Source: Spongospora subterranea f. sp. subterranea (taxonomy: Eukaryota). Taken from it: a stretch of 20,000 bases of DNA. Positions 10,740-19,396 of this stretch are shown piece by piece. A program made the translations under genes and the position numbers. A model generated the notes under the pieces. That model ran no database searches, was not told where the DNA came from, and saw nothing but the letters and a program-made list of their open reading frames with translations. The DNA lies in the NCBI GenBank assembly GCA_049724395.1, contig JAUGWO010000113.1, positions 173,563 through 193,562 of the forward strand, given 5' to 3'. Each line of letters begins with the position of its first letter. Within the stretch, counting starts at the first letter, position 1.

Positions 10740-11463
10740 GCTACGAATCCACCTGAGGAAGAGAGGCGCCGCCGTCGCCAACTCGGTCTTTGTCTGTATG
10801 GCGGCTATCAACACATGATAAGCTAATCGCCAACCATCTGTCTCACTAAACTCTACTCGTCAGCCTTACTCCAGGTTTATCATTACTGGGCGCGTAGGTC
10901 CTCATCATTCTTGTGATCCAGTAAAAATGATGGTGGATAGCGGGGCGGGCGCCAGCTTTGTTAGTTCATCCATTGCTTCTGCTTTCCAGTTAAGAACGAA
11001 CAGAGCTAAATAGAGCAATCCGGGTTTCTTGTTTTAACGATCGTTTGGGAGCGTATATCGGCAGCTGACGTCCGAATTGGCGATAGCTGCTTTTATTGGA
11101 AATTTTATATTCTGTCTCATTCACAGTTCGACGTTATTCTTGGTTATGATTGGTTAAAGAAGTTCAACCCACAGATAGACCGGAAAACTGGTAAGTTGAA
11201 TCAACTCAGGCTGGATCTTTAGTCATTCCGTTGCATCGATGTCCAGCCATGAAATTCCACTCCCGTACTGCCGGAACTCTACTGTGATTTCACATATGTA
11301 TTTTGAAAAAAAAACCTGATGAACTACTGCCACATCGTCCTTATGATTGCTCGATCCCGATTTCCATGTTGGCTCCTTTCACACAATTGGACCAATTTAC
11401 CGCCTATCGCAAAAGGAGATAGAAGCGCTGCGCGAACACCTCAATGAGAATTTTCAGAAAGGT
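10740..11463 (+). mobile_element. Ty3/gypsy (Tf1/sushi-chromovirus-like) LTR retrotransposon relic: gag Zn-knuckle, aspartic protease, RT N-terminus
   Basis: PEEERRRRRQLGLCLYGG..H (degenerate knuckle), MMVDSGAGASFV (~10928), FDVILGYDWLKKFNPQIDRKTG, PDELLPHRPYDCSI, GPIYRLSQKEIEALREHLNENFQKG. Several stops and frameshifts; truncated at ~11463. Confidence 0.9.
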
Positions 11464-11845
11464 TCTTGATTCTTTGTAGAATTATTCATAAGTTCACTAT
11501 ATAGATGTTCGATTCCGTGTTGGCTGGAGCCATATCGGCCATTACAGGTGCGTGGCGTTCATTGTTTCATATGTTTGTTATTATCACATCGATGATGATC
11601 GTTATTTCTGCAGTGGGTGCCGTCGGCAGCTGTGTCTGTTGGAACCGGTCGGCTGGGTCATCGCTTCTGCGCTGACGACGGTCCCTAATTCAGTTTTAAC
11701 AAACGCACACGCCGACTGCAGCGACTGCAGAAATAACGATCATATATGAACGCCACTCACCTGTAATGGCCGATATAATAGCTCAAGCCAACACGAAATC
11801 GAACCTCTATAGTGAACTTATGAGTAATTCTAGAAAGAATTAACA
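11464..11845. mobile_element. ~380-bp fold-back element / long inverted repeat
   Basis: 11466-11562 pairs with ~11746-11843, and 11595-11647 with ~11690-11743. There is a ~30-nt bulge in the left arm. No TSD found. Confidence 0.75.
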
Positions 11846-11852
11846 ACAATGA

Positions 11853-12187
11853 TACTCCCTCCGTTCGGAAATGATTGACACTTTGCGAACTTTCAAAAAT
11901 TTATCGCGAAATTTTTGGTTATAGCTATGAGACCTTCGGATTGTCGTAGTGCACAGAGAAAGCTAACAACTGATGAAATTTGTTCCCTTAGAAGTCTTCG
12001 GAGGAATTAACTATTGAACATTAAAAACACGATTTTGATCACGTGGTACTTTTTGACGCCACGGCCAAACTATACGCTCTACGAATCAACAGATCATACC
12101 ATTATATGAGTCGTTTTTCCAGCTATCCAGTGCATCAAGAACCACAGAAATCGGTAAACTTAAACCATTTTTATAACATCTGGAGGA
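11853..12187. mobile_element. Stowaway/mariner-type MITE fragment (one terminus only)
   Basis: TA + CTCCCTCCGTTC (11853-11866) is the canonical Stowaway/DD39D-mariner TIR start. No matching ACGGAGGGAG end is seen, so the right boundary is a guess. Confidence 0.5.
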
Positions 12188-12944
12188 TAGCTTGGGTCCT
12201 GTCTGTCCCAGTTGGTGGCAGGCATGTCAGGGTGAGTGCTACCAACTTAACCCGAAAATAACACATGGTGTTGTACTGTATTCGAATTTCCCTAAAATCG
12301 AACATCCGGGCGTTCGACTCTATAACATCTGGGTGTTCGTTCTGCCAAAATCCAAATACAACACCACTTCCAAGGTGCTGTATTCGATTTAGAACACCTG
12401 GTTTTATTATCGTATCAGTCGGGGAAATTGACATAGCTGGATCGGGGAATTCGACATCGCTGGACTATATTTTCTTGCACGAGTTCAACATCCTGAGTAG
12501 CCGCAGGAGCAGTATACAAAACCGAAGACGTGGTCTCAGCGTTTACGACTTTGATATTCCAATTCTCCTTGATTGACATGGCATAATCTCCAACTCCTCT
12601 GCGGCAGTATCTTGCTCCAGTTCAGCATAATATGATTCACTGGTAATGTCTTGCAGCTCTGGAACCGATCTCATGAAATGCAAAAGCTCCGTTTTGTAGT
12701 CTTCCCAAGCAGACTCGTTGCTACCCACTTTACGTGCGATGCACAAATGTATAAGCTCTCCTTTTCCGAATCGGGTAAAAACCAGTTTGAAGGTTCGAAT
12801 GTTTCTTCAACCAGTACTGATTCGGTATCAATATAGGACGAGTACAGATCATTCCAGGAGTCAAGATCAAAGGAAGGCTCGAAGAGCGCTTTCAGTGGCG
12901 GATGCAGCAGGCTAAGATCAAAGACCTTTTAGGTACAAGACCAC

Positions 12945-13635
12945 AATCAAAAAAGCGTTTGTAATTTGTTCGACTGTTTTGGTTTTTGTCCATTCGACGT
13001 TCCAGTTGGAGACAGATATATAATTAGGGACTTTGGGGTTGCCAGTCCGTGTTTGAAGCTCTGGGTCTTCCAATGCTTGCCCAATTTATCATAGCAGGTC
13101 TGATATTAGGATTGAAAACTTCTATTGACAGCCACATCTAACGGTTGCAAGATGTTTGTCAAATTGGGAGGAATGATGACAGTGAAGATGTTGTACTTTC
13201 TAGAGTTTTTAACTCGGCCAGCTTGATATGCACACCATAAAAATCAATGATAAAAAGAATAGGCTCTCTCATGAACGAAGTCTCCATCCGGGAAACCAAT
13301 GCATCCTTGACAAATTGAAGTAACATTTCGTCATTCCACTTTCCCGTCTTATTTACTTCGACAAGCACGTCTTTTGTTAACAGACGGCTTGTTTTTGTGG
13401 TCAGAAAATAGCAGGTGCGATTTGAGTAGTTTGCCGTCGCCAGTAATGGCAAATGTCACAGTAAATCGTTTATGACTGGTCCCTCCTTTTCTCAGAAAAA
13501 CCTTAAAACGAGTCAGTACTGTAAATTACGAGTTATGTGAGTTCATCATTAACTGATCGTTGACGATGCCTCAGTCTTAAAGTATCAAGGTACTTGGTCC
13601 ATGTTAATAATGTTCTTGACTTTGATCGAGTGTGT
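12945..13635 (-). mobile_element. pogo/Tigger-type DDE_1 transposase pseudogene
   Basis: NIINMDQVP (~13590-13615), [73 protein letters not shown], with frameshifts and stops. Confidence 0.9.
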
Positions 13636-14403
13636 CTCAATTAGACGATGAACAGACTGAACGAATGAAAAAAAAGACAATGATCAAACAAAGAAAGAAG
13701 AACTGCTACAAAAAGTTGAAAGATAAGGATCAACGACAAATGCTCAAACAACGATGCCTCAACAAAACAAAAAAGACAACTGAAAATCACACAATGTTTT
13801 GCGCGCCTTAAGGTTAAAGCGAAACAAGTAAAGAATAACAGAAATTTCTGATTATAGCACAATGGAACGCATGTTCATTAAGCGAGGAGAAGGCAACCGA
13901 ACTGGCTTACTTTGCGAATCAACACCTAATAGATGTATTTAGTATTGCAGAGCAGAAACATCGACGTAATATTCAGGGATTTCCACAATACGAGTGTGAT
14001 GATCGATACACACAATCAGAAATATTTTGGCGAGAACATGTCAAAATAGAAAAACTATATCCTCCGGCAGTTCAATGCTTTGGAGAATTCGCTATGTACA
14101 ACACAAAAATAACTGAGACCCCGGATATTCTCAAAGGAACAAAAAATTTAAAAAAAATGTAGTACAGTACCTATTTGGAGGTCACTTTTTTTTTCAAAAA
14201 TTCAAACGCCGCGCCGCCCCAATCAAAGTTCAAGGACTTGGACTGTGTCAACGCAATATTTTAGACGCAATCATCTAAAAATAGCTTTTTAGCTTGGATT
14301 TACCAAGCCCTCATACGTGACTGGGCACGTGAACGTATTGGATAAGAACGCATAGTCACCGCTGCATGTGGTGATCCAATCCATGGCATGAACTCTTTGG
14401 TCA

Positions 14404-14810
14404 TCAACTTCGTTGGATGTTAAACTGGTGATACTTGTTCTCCGATATGAAGTGTGACGTATCGGTCTCTGAGCATGGCGTCAGCGTTGAGAGGCTTTCT
14501 GCGTCAGCGTTGGTACGGGCAGATGGTACTGATGGGGTTTCCTTCAGGTTTAGCGAGTGCAACACGATTCGCCAATCGTCAGCCCGGGCCCTGGGTCGCC
14601 AGATAGGAGATCCTAACACGGTGGCGTTCTGGCACAACGTAGAGGCAGTGTATGATGATGCGAGCAGCAGTTCGCTCGTGTTCTTCAGAAGGGATGCATC
14701 GCTCCCTGTGATGCCGAGCTTTGACCGACCCGCGTCTACAATCCTTCTTGCAGTAGCCTCTGGGATGCCGAAGTACACAAAATCCTGGGTTGGTGAGAAT
14801 CTCATGGCAT
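14404..14810 (-). pseudogene. Gene fragment of unknown function, possibly with a SAM-like N-terminal segment
   Basis: Open, GC-richer frame. DAMRFSPTQDFVYFGIPEATARRIVDA loosely resembles SAM-like 'GIP.G.A.RI' helices. The opposite strand is also open, so the strand is uncertain. Confidence 0.3.
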
Positions 14811-15538
14811 CCAACGCACATGCACTGTTAAGACTGCTACATAATGCAGGATGGCGGCGGCAAAAGACCAACAATTCGCCATGATTGTATACGATTTCAT
14901 GAAGGCATTCGATAGAGTGCAACGAACACTGCTGATCCAGAAAATGAGGGGAATGGGGATAGATCATATCTGATACTACTGATTGATGACTGGCTAACAA
15001 CCAGAGTATTTGAGGTGAATTGCAGAAACACCAATTCTAAATTACATAGACAGGAGAATGGTATTCCACAGGGATCCAGTATAAGTGTGTTGCTGTGGAT
15101 AATCTACATATATGACGCCCCTACAAACATTGTATTCAATGAATACTCACCCACAAACAAATTGACTCAGACGACCAAAACAGTGCAATACCTAGGAGCA
15201 ACGCTAAACGCCAATAACGAAAATAACCACTCAACTTTCACGATTCAACTGACAGAAGTGGCCAACGATATAAGGAAATGATGTAAACTGGTACGAGAAA
15301 TGAGAAAATACCGGATACCATACAGAACATATCAACAGTTATGTCGAGGATTTATAGGAAAGAAACTGAACTATTACCTACCTTGGTTGGCAGTAGAAAT
15401 CAGCAAGAGCATGAGTAGAACATTGCGACCCAATGTTTCAGACCAACACCAATCCCTATATTACATGCAATATCCGGATTCCTACTATTGAGAGATAAAA
15501 TCATTACTGAAACAACAATGACAGTAGTCGCTGCTCAG
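14807..15538 (+). mobile_element. Non-LTR (LINE) reverse transcriptase relic
   Basis: SNAHALLRLL, AMIVYDFMKAFDRVQRTLLIQKM, ENGIPQGSSISVLLWIIYIYD, TVQYLGATL. The YADD segment is deleted and there are frameshifts. Interrupted at 15538 by the TRIM array. Confidence 0.9.
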
Positions 15539-17980
15539 TGTTAGGAACTGCGCTCGAGATACACAGTTACCAACTGACCCAAAAGGTACTATGATGGCAC
15601 AAGGCCATCATTCTCGGGTCCTTATATGCCTAAGACTTTTTCATCATGACATTATCCCCATGTTTAGGAGCGACCCCCATGACCTTCCAGCCCCCGTGGA
15701 TTATCCTCTGACTGGTGAGCATAGAAACGAGATAACACAGTTGAGAGAGAAGGAAGAAGACGAAACAATCCAGCCAGGCGGGGAAGTCTGACCACGAAAG
15801 GTATATAAGGCAACCCCCATTGCCGTTACATGTAAGCCGCGAGTGACCCCAAAATGCTGTGAACACTAAGGAAATCGAACTCACGACCTTGATAGCCATC
15901 ATACTGTTAGGAACTGCACCCGAGATACACAGTTACCAACTGACCCAAAAGGTACTATGATGGCACAAGGCCATCATTCTCGGGTCCTTATATGCCTAAG
16001 ACTTTTTCATCATGACATTATCCCCCTGTTTAGGAGCGACCCCCATGACCTTCCAGCCCCCGTGGATTATCCTCTGACTGGTGAGCATAGAAACGAGATA
16101 ACACAGTTGAGAGAGAAGGAAGAAGACGAAACAATCCAGCCAGGCGGGGAAGTCTGACCACGAAAGGTATATAAGGCAACCCCCATTGCCGTTACATGTA
16201 AGCCGCGAGTGACCCCAAAATGCTGTGAACACTAAGGAAATCGAACTCACGACCTTGATAGCCATCATACTGTTAGGAACTGCACCCGAGATACACAGTT
16301 ACCAACTGACCCAAAAGGTACTATGATGGCACAAGGCCATCATTCTCGGGTCCTTATATGCCTAAGACTTTTTCATCATGACATTATCCCCCTGTTTAGG
16401 AGCGACCCCCATGACCTTCCAGCCCTTAGCTTGGTTCTGGTCTGTCCCGGTTGGTGGCAGGTTAGGACCAGGTCAGTGTGAGACTTGAGTTCGAAAACCC
16501 CGTGGGCAGGGATTTTGGGGAACACCCTAAGGTTGGCCAGCTAATACGGAAGTAGAGCGAAGGTTGAGCATGGCAGGAACGAACCTCTGGAAAAATACCG
16601 ACAGCTGATTTGTAATGATGCGACTTGGGTTCAAGGCATTGTGGTGTTCCGTAAGGGAATTTTCCCCCGTGTCCTAATGGTAAGGGGGTTTTTAGTGAGT
16701 CAGGTCATGGGATCAACCTCACACTACTACAATGTCGGTCAGACTGCAGAACATTCAGCGAAGGTATCTATTGCAAGTGCGAGCTTGCTACTGGGAGGAG
16801 CTTTAGAGGCGAGAGCCGAAAAAGTGAATCTTGGCCCGATAGCCAAGGGACCGGCAAACCTGCATGAAAAATGCGAACTCAATCACAAAAAAAAAAAAAA
16901 AAAAAAACCTTCCAGCCCCCGTGGATTATCCTCTGACTGGTGAGCATAGAAACGAGATAACACAGTTGAGAGAGAAGGAAGAAGACGAAACAATCCAGCC
17001 AGGCGGGGAAGTCTGACCACGAAAGGTATATAAGGCAACCCCCATTGCCGTTACATGTAAGCCGCGAGTGACCCCAAAATGCTGTGAACACTAAGGAAAT
17101 CGAACTCACGACCTTGATAGCCATCATACTGTTAGGAACTGCACCCGAGAATACACAGTTACCAACTGACCCAAAAGGTACTATGATGGCACAAGGCCAT
17201 CATTCTCGGGTCCTTATATGCCTAAGACTTTTTCATCATGACATTATCCCCCTGTTTAGGAGCGACCCCCATGACCTTCCAGCCCCCGTGGATTATCCTC
17301 TGACTGGTGAGCATAGAAACGAGATAACACAGTTGAGAGAGAAGGAAGAAGACGAAACAATCCAGCCAGGCGGGGAAGTCTGACCACGAAAGGTATATAA
17401 GGCAACCCCCATTGCCGTTACATGTAAGCCGCGAGTGACCCCAAAATGTTGTGAACACTAAGGAAATCGAACTCACGACCTTGATAGCCATCATACTGTT
17501 AGGAACTGCACCCGAGATACACAGTTACCAACTGACCCAAAAGGTACTATGATGGCACAAGGCCATCATTCTCGGGTCCTTATATGCCTAAGACTTTTTC
17601 ATCATGACATTATCCCCCTGTTTAGGAGCGACCCCCATGACCTTCCAGCCCCCGTGGATTATCCTCTGACTGGTGAGCATAGAAACGAGATAACACAGTT
17701 AGCATGAGAGAGAAGGAAGAAGACGAAACAATCCAGCCAGGCGGGGAAGTCTGACCACGAAAGGTATATAAGGCAACCCCCATTGCCGTTACATGTAAGC
17801 CGCGAGTGACCCCAAAATGCTGTGAACACTAAGGAAATCGAACTCACGACCTTGATAGCCATCATACTGTTAGGAACTGCACCCGAGATACACAGTTACC
17901 AACTGACCCAAAAGGTACTATGATGGCACAAGGCCATCATTCTCGGGTCCTTATATACCTAAGACTTTTGGATCATGACA
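15539..17980 (-). mobile_element. Tandem array of a TRIM (miniature LTR retrotransposon): 6 LTRs and 5 internal regions, 366-bp period
   Basis: LTRs at 15539-15651, 15905-16017, 16271-16383, 17130-17243, 17497-17609 and 17868-17980; on the minus strand each reads TGTCATGA...CCTAACA. A PPT AAACAGGGGGATAA abuts the downstream LTRs (one substitution in the first unit). The array begins and ends exactly on LTR termini. The internal region is 253 bp with no retroelement coding motifs. Confidence 0.9.
16426..16907 (+). mobile_element. SINE-like retroposed insertion with poly(A) tail and 12-bp TSD
   Basis: ACCTTCCAGCCC is duplicated at 16414-16425 and 16907-16918, with an A21 tail at 16887-16907. 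A-box-like TAGCTTGGTTCTGG and B-box-like GAGTTCGAAAA lie near the 5' end, and a CTTGGC..GCCAAG stem-loop near the 3' end. Neighbouring array units show the empty site. Confidence 0.9.
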
Positions 17981-18040
17981 ATTAACATATGCTTCTCTTA
18001 GATTAGTCATATCCATTGTCATCAATCGCACGATGAACAG
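17981..18040 (+). mobile_element. Displaced continuation of the copia RT fragment
   Basis: Joining 18773 to 17986 through the ATTAA duplication restores DTYSSVLTYASLRLVISIVINRTM, matching the copia RT pattern TYSPV....S.R.LL. Confidence 0.75.
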
Positions 18041-18084
18041 GCGGGTCGGACGAGATGGGTTAAATATGCTAACACATCGTATTA

Positions 18085-18225
18085 TGAACCTCGTGAACCA
18101 CCTAACCAATGTGGAGTACCCAAGAACGTACCACGAGGCAATGCAGATGCCTGACAGTATGCACTGGCATAAAGCCGCACTTCAAGAGATGAAATCATTG
18201 GAAGAAAACAACACATGGTCACTGG
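18085..18225 (+). repeat. 141-bp direct duplicate of copia segment 18477-18617
   Basis: Identical sequence encoding NLVNHLTNVEYPRTYHEAM...EENNTWSL. Confidence 0.95.
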
Positions 18226-18259
18226 GCTATAAGTCTACATAGCTACTGCTCATTTGAGA

Positions 18260-18313
18260 CACAAGGCCATCATTCTCGGGTCCTTATATACCTAAGACTT
18301 TTTCATCATGACA
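18260..18313 (-). mobile_element. Partial TRIM LTR (retains the TGTCATGA terminus), flanked by CTCAG
   Basis: CACAAGGCCATC...TCATCATGACA followed by CTCAG (18314-18318), the same pentamer that precedes the array (15534-15538). Confidence 0.9.
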
Positions 18314-18388
18314 CTCAGGTCAATTTGGGCAGAGAATACACGAAATGGACTGGGAAAGGAGATGGATGGACACCACTTGGAGAAGTAA

Positions 18389-18773
18389 GATGTTTTATTC
18401 GAGGATAAATTCCCGAACCAGGAGCGACCGAGCGACCATGACCCTATTGAAATAATCGATGATCATGGATTCGAACTGAACCTCGTGAACCACCTAACCA
18501 ATGTGGAGTACCCAAGAACGTACCACGAGGCAATGCAGATGCCTGACAGTATGCACTGGCATAAAGCCGCACTTCAAGAGATGAAATCATTGGAAGAAAA
18601 CAACACATGGTCACTGGTAACTTTACCAGCCAATAACAACGTGATTAAAGGACGATGGGTCTTTACTAAGAAGCAATCCGATGGGAAAGCTAAGTACAAA
18701 GCACGATTCGTCGCTAAAGGCTATTCCCAAATTTATGGCATCGATTACCACGACACGTATTCCTCTGTATTAA
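18389..18773 (+). mobile_element. Ty1/copia pol fragment (integrase-RT linker and RT N-terminus)
   Basis: DVLFEDKFP...YPRTYHEAM..WHKAALQEMKSLEENNTWSLV..VIKGRWVFTKK..KYKARFVAKGYSQIYGIDYHDTYSSV, cut by a TRIM at 18774. Confidence 0.95.
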
Positions 18774-19220
18774 TGTTAGGAACTGCGCCCGAGATACACA
18801 GTACCAGTTACCAAACTGACCCAAAAGGTACTATGATGGCACAAGGCCATCATTCTCGGGTTTTTATATACCTAAGACTTTTGGATCATGACAGTATCCC
18901 CCTGTTTAGGAGCGACCCCCATGACCTTCCAGCCCCCGTGCGACTTCCTAGATTATCCTCTGACTGGTGAGCATAGAAACGAGATAACACAGTTGAGAGA
19001 GAAGGAAGAAGACGAAACAATCCAGTCAGGCGGGGAAGTCTGACCACGAAAGGTATATAAGGCAACCCCCATTGCCGTTACATGTAAGCCGCGAGTGACC
19101 CCAAAATGCTGTGAACACTAAGGAAATCGAACTCACGACCTTGGTAGCCATCATACTGTTAGGAACTGCGCCCGAGATACACAGTTACCAACTGACCCAA
19201 AAGGTACTATGATGGCACAA
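18774..19220 (-). mobile_element. Diverged TRIM copy (LTR 18774-18893, internal region, truncated LTR 19157-19220)
   Basis: Same unit with small insertions and PPT AAACAGGGGGATAC. The left flank ATTAA (18769-18773) equals the flank at 17981-17985. Confidence 0.9.
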
Positions 19221-19396
19221 TATTAGACGATAGTGGTAGTGGTAGTGGTAGTGGTCGATGGTAACGTTAATGAGTACTATAGAAGAGTGACGTTTATTGT
19301 CATTGATGATGTGTTTAATACACATAGTTGAGTCATGCTTATCAATGACTCAACATGAATCATGCGGAAGATGAAAATATCGCCTTACGGTTAATA
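19221..19396 (-). repeat. Putative 3' LTR of the copia element with TATTA...TAATA termini
   Basis: It follows the RNase H region and a purine-rich AATAGCGAAGGTGCG. It has inverted ends TATTA/TAATA, a minus-strand AATAAA (~19293-19298), (AGTGGT)4 at ~19232-19255 and a GTTGAGTCAT..ATGACTCAAC hairpin. The partner LTR is not in the window. Confidence 0.55.

Noticed and set aside
15700..15815. Hammerhead or hairpin ribozyme in the 366-bp unit (retrozyme hypothesis)
   Set aside because: CTGGTGAG..GAAAC lacks the conserved A6 and a stem II. GAAGTC..GAAA..GTATAT resembles hairpin-ribozyme loops but the required helices are absent. The LTR/PPT/TSD model explains the unit better.
16641..16943. 100-aa ORF with a poly-Lys tract
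   Set aside because: The poly-Lys is the retroposon poly(A) tail.
15591..17865. Repeated 66-aa and 90-aa ORFs in the 366-bp units
   Set aside because: They recur only because the DNA repeats, cross LTR boundaries, are broken by indels in some copies and show no recognisable motifs.
19232..19255. Telomeric repeat
   Set aside because: Only four AGTGGT units, internal to a putative LTR; treated as a microsatellite.
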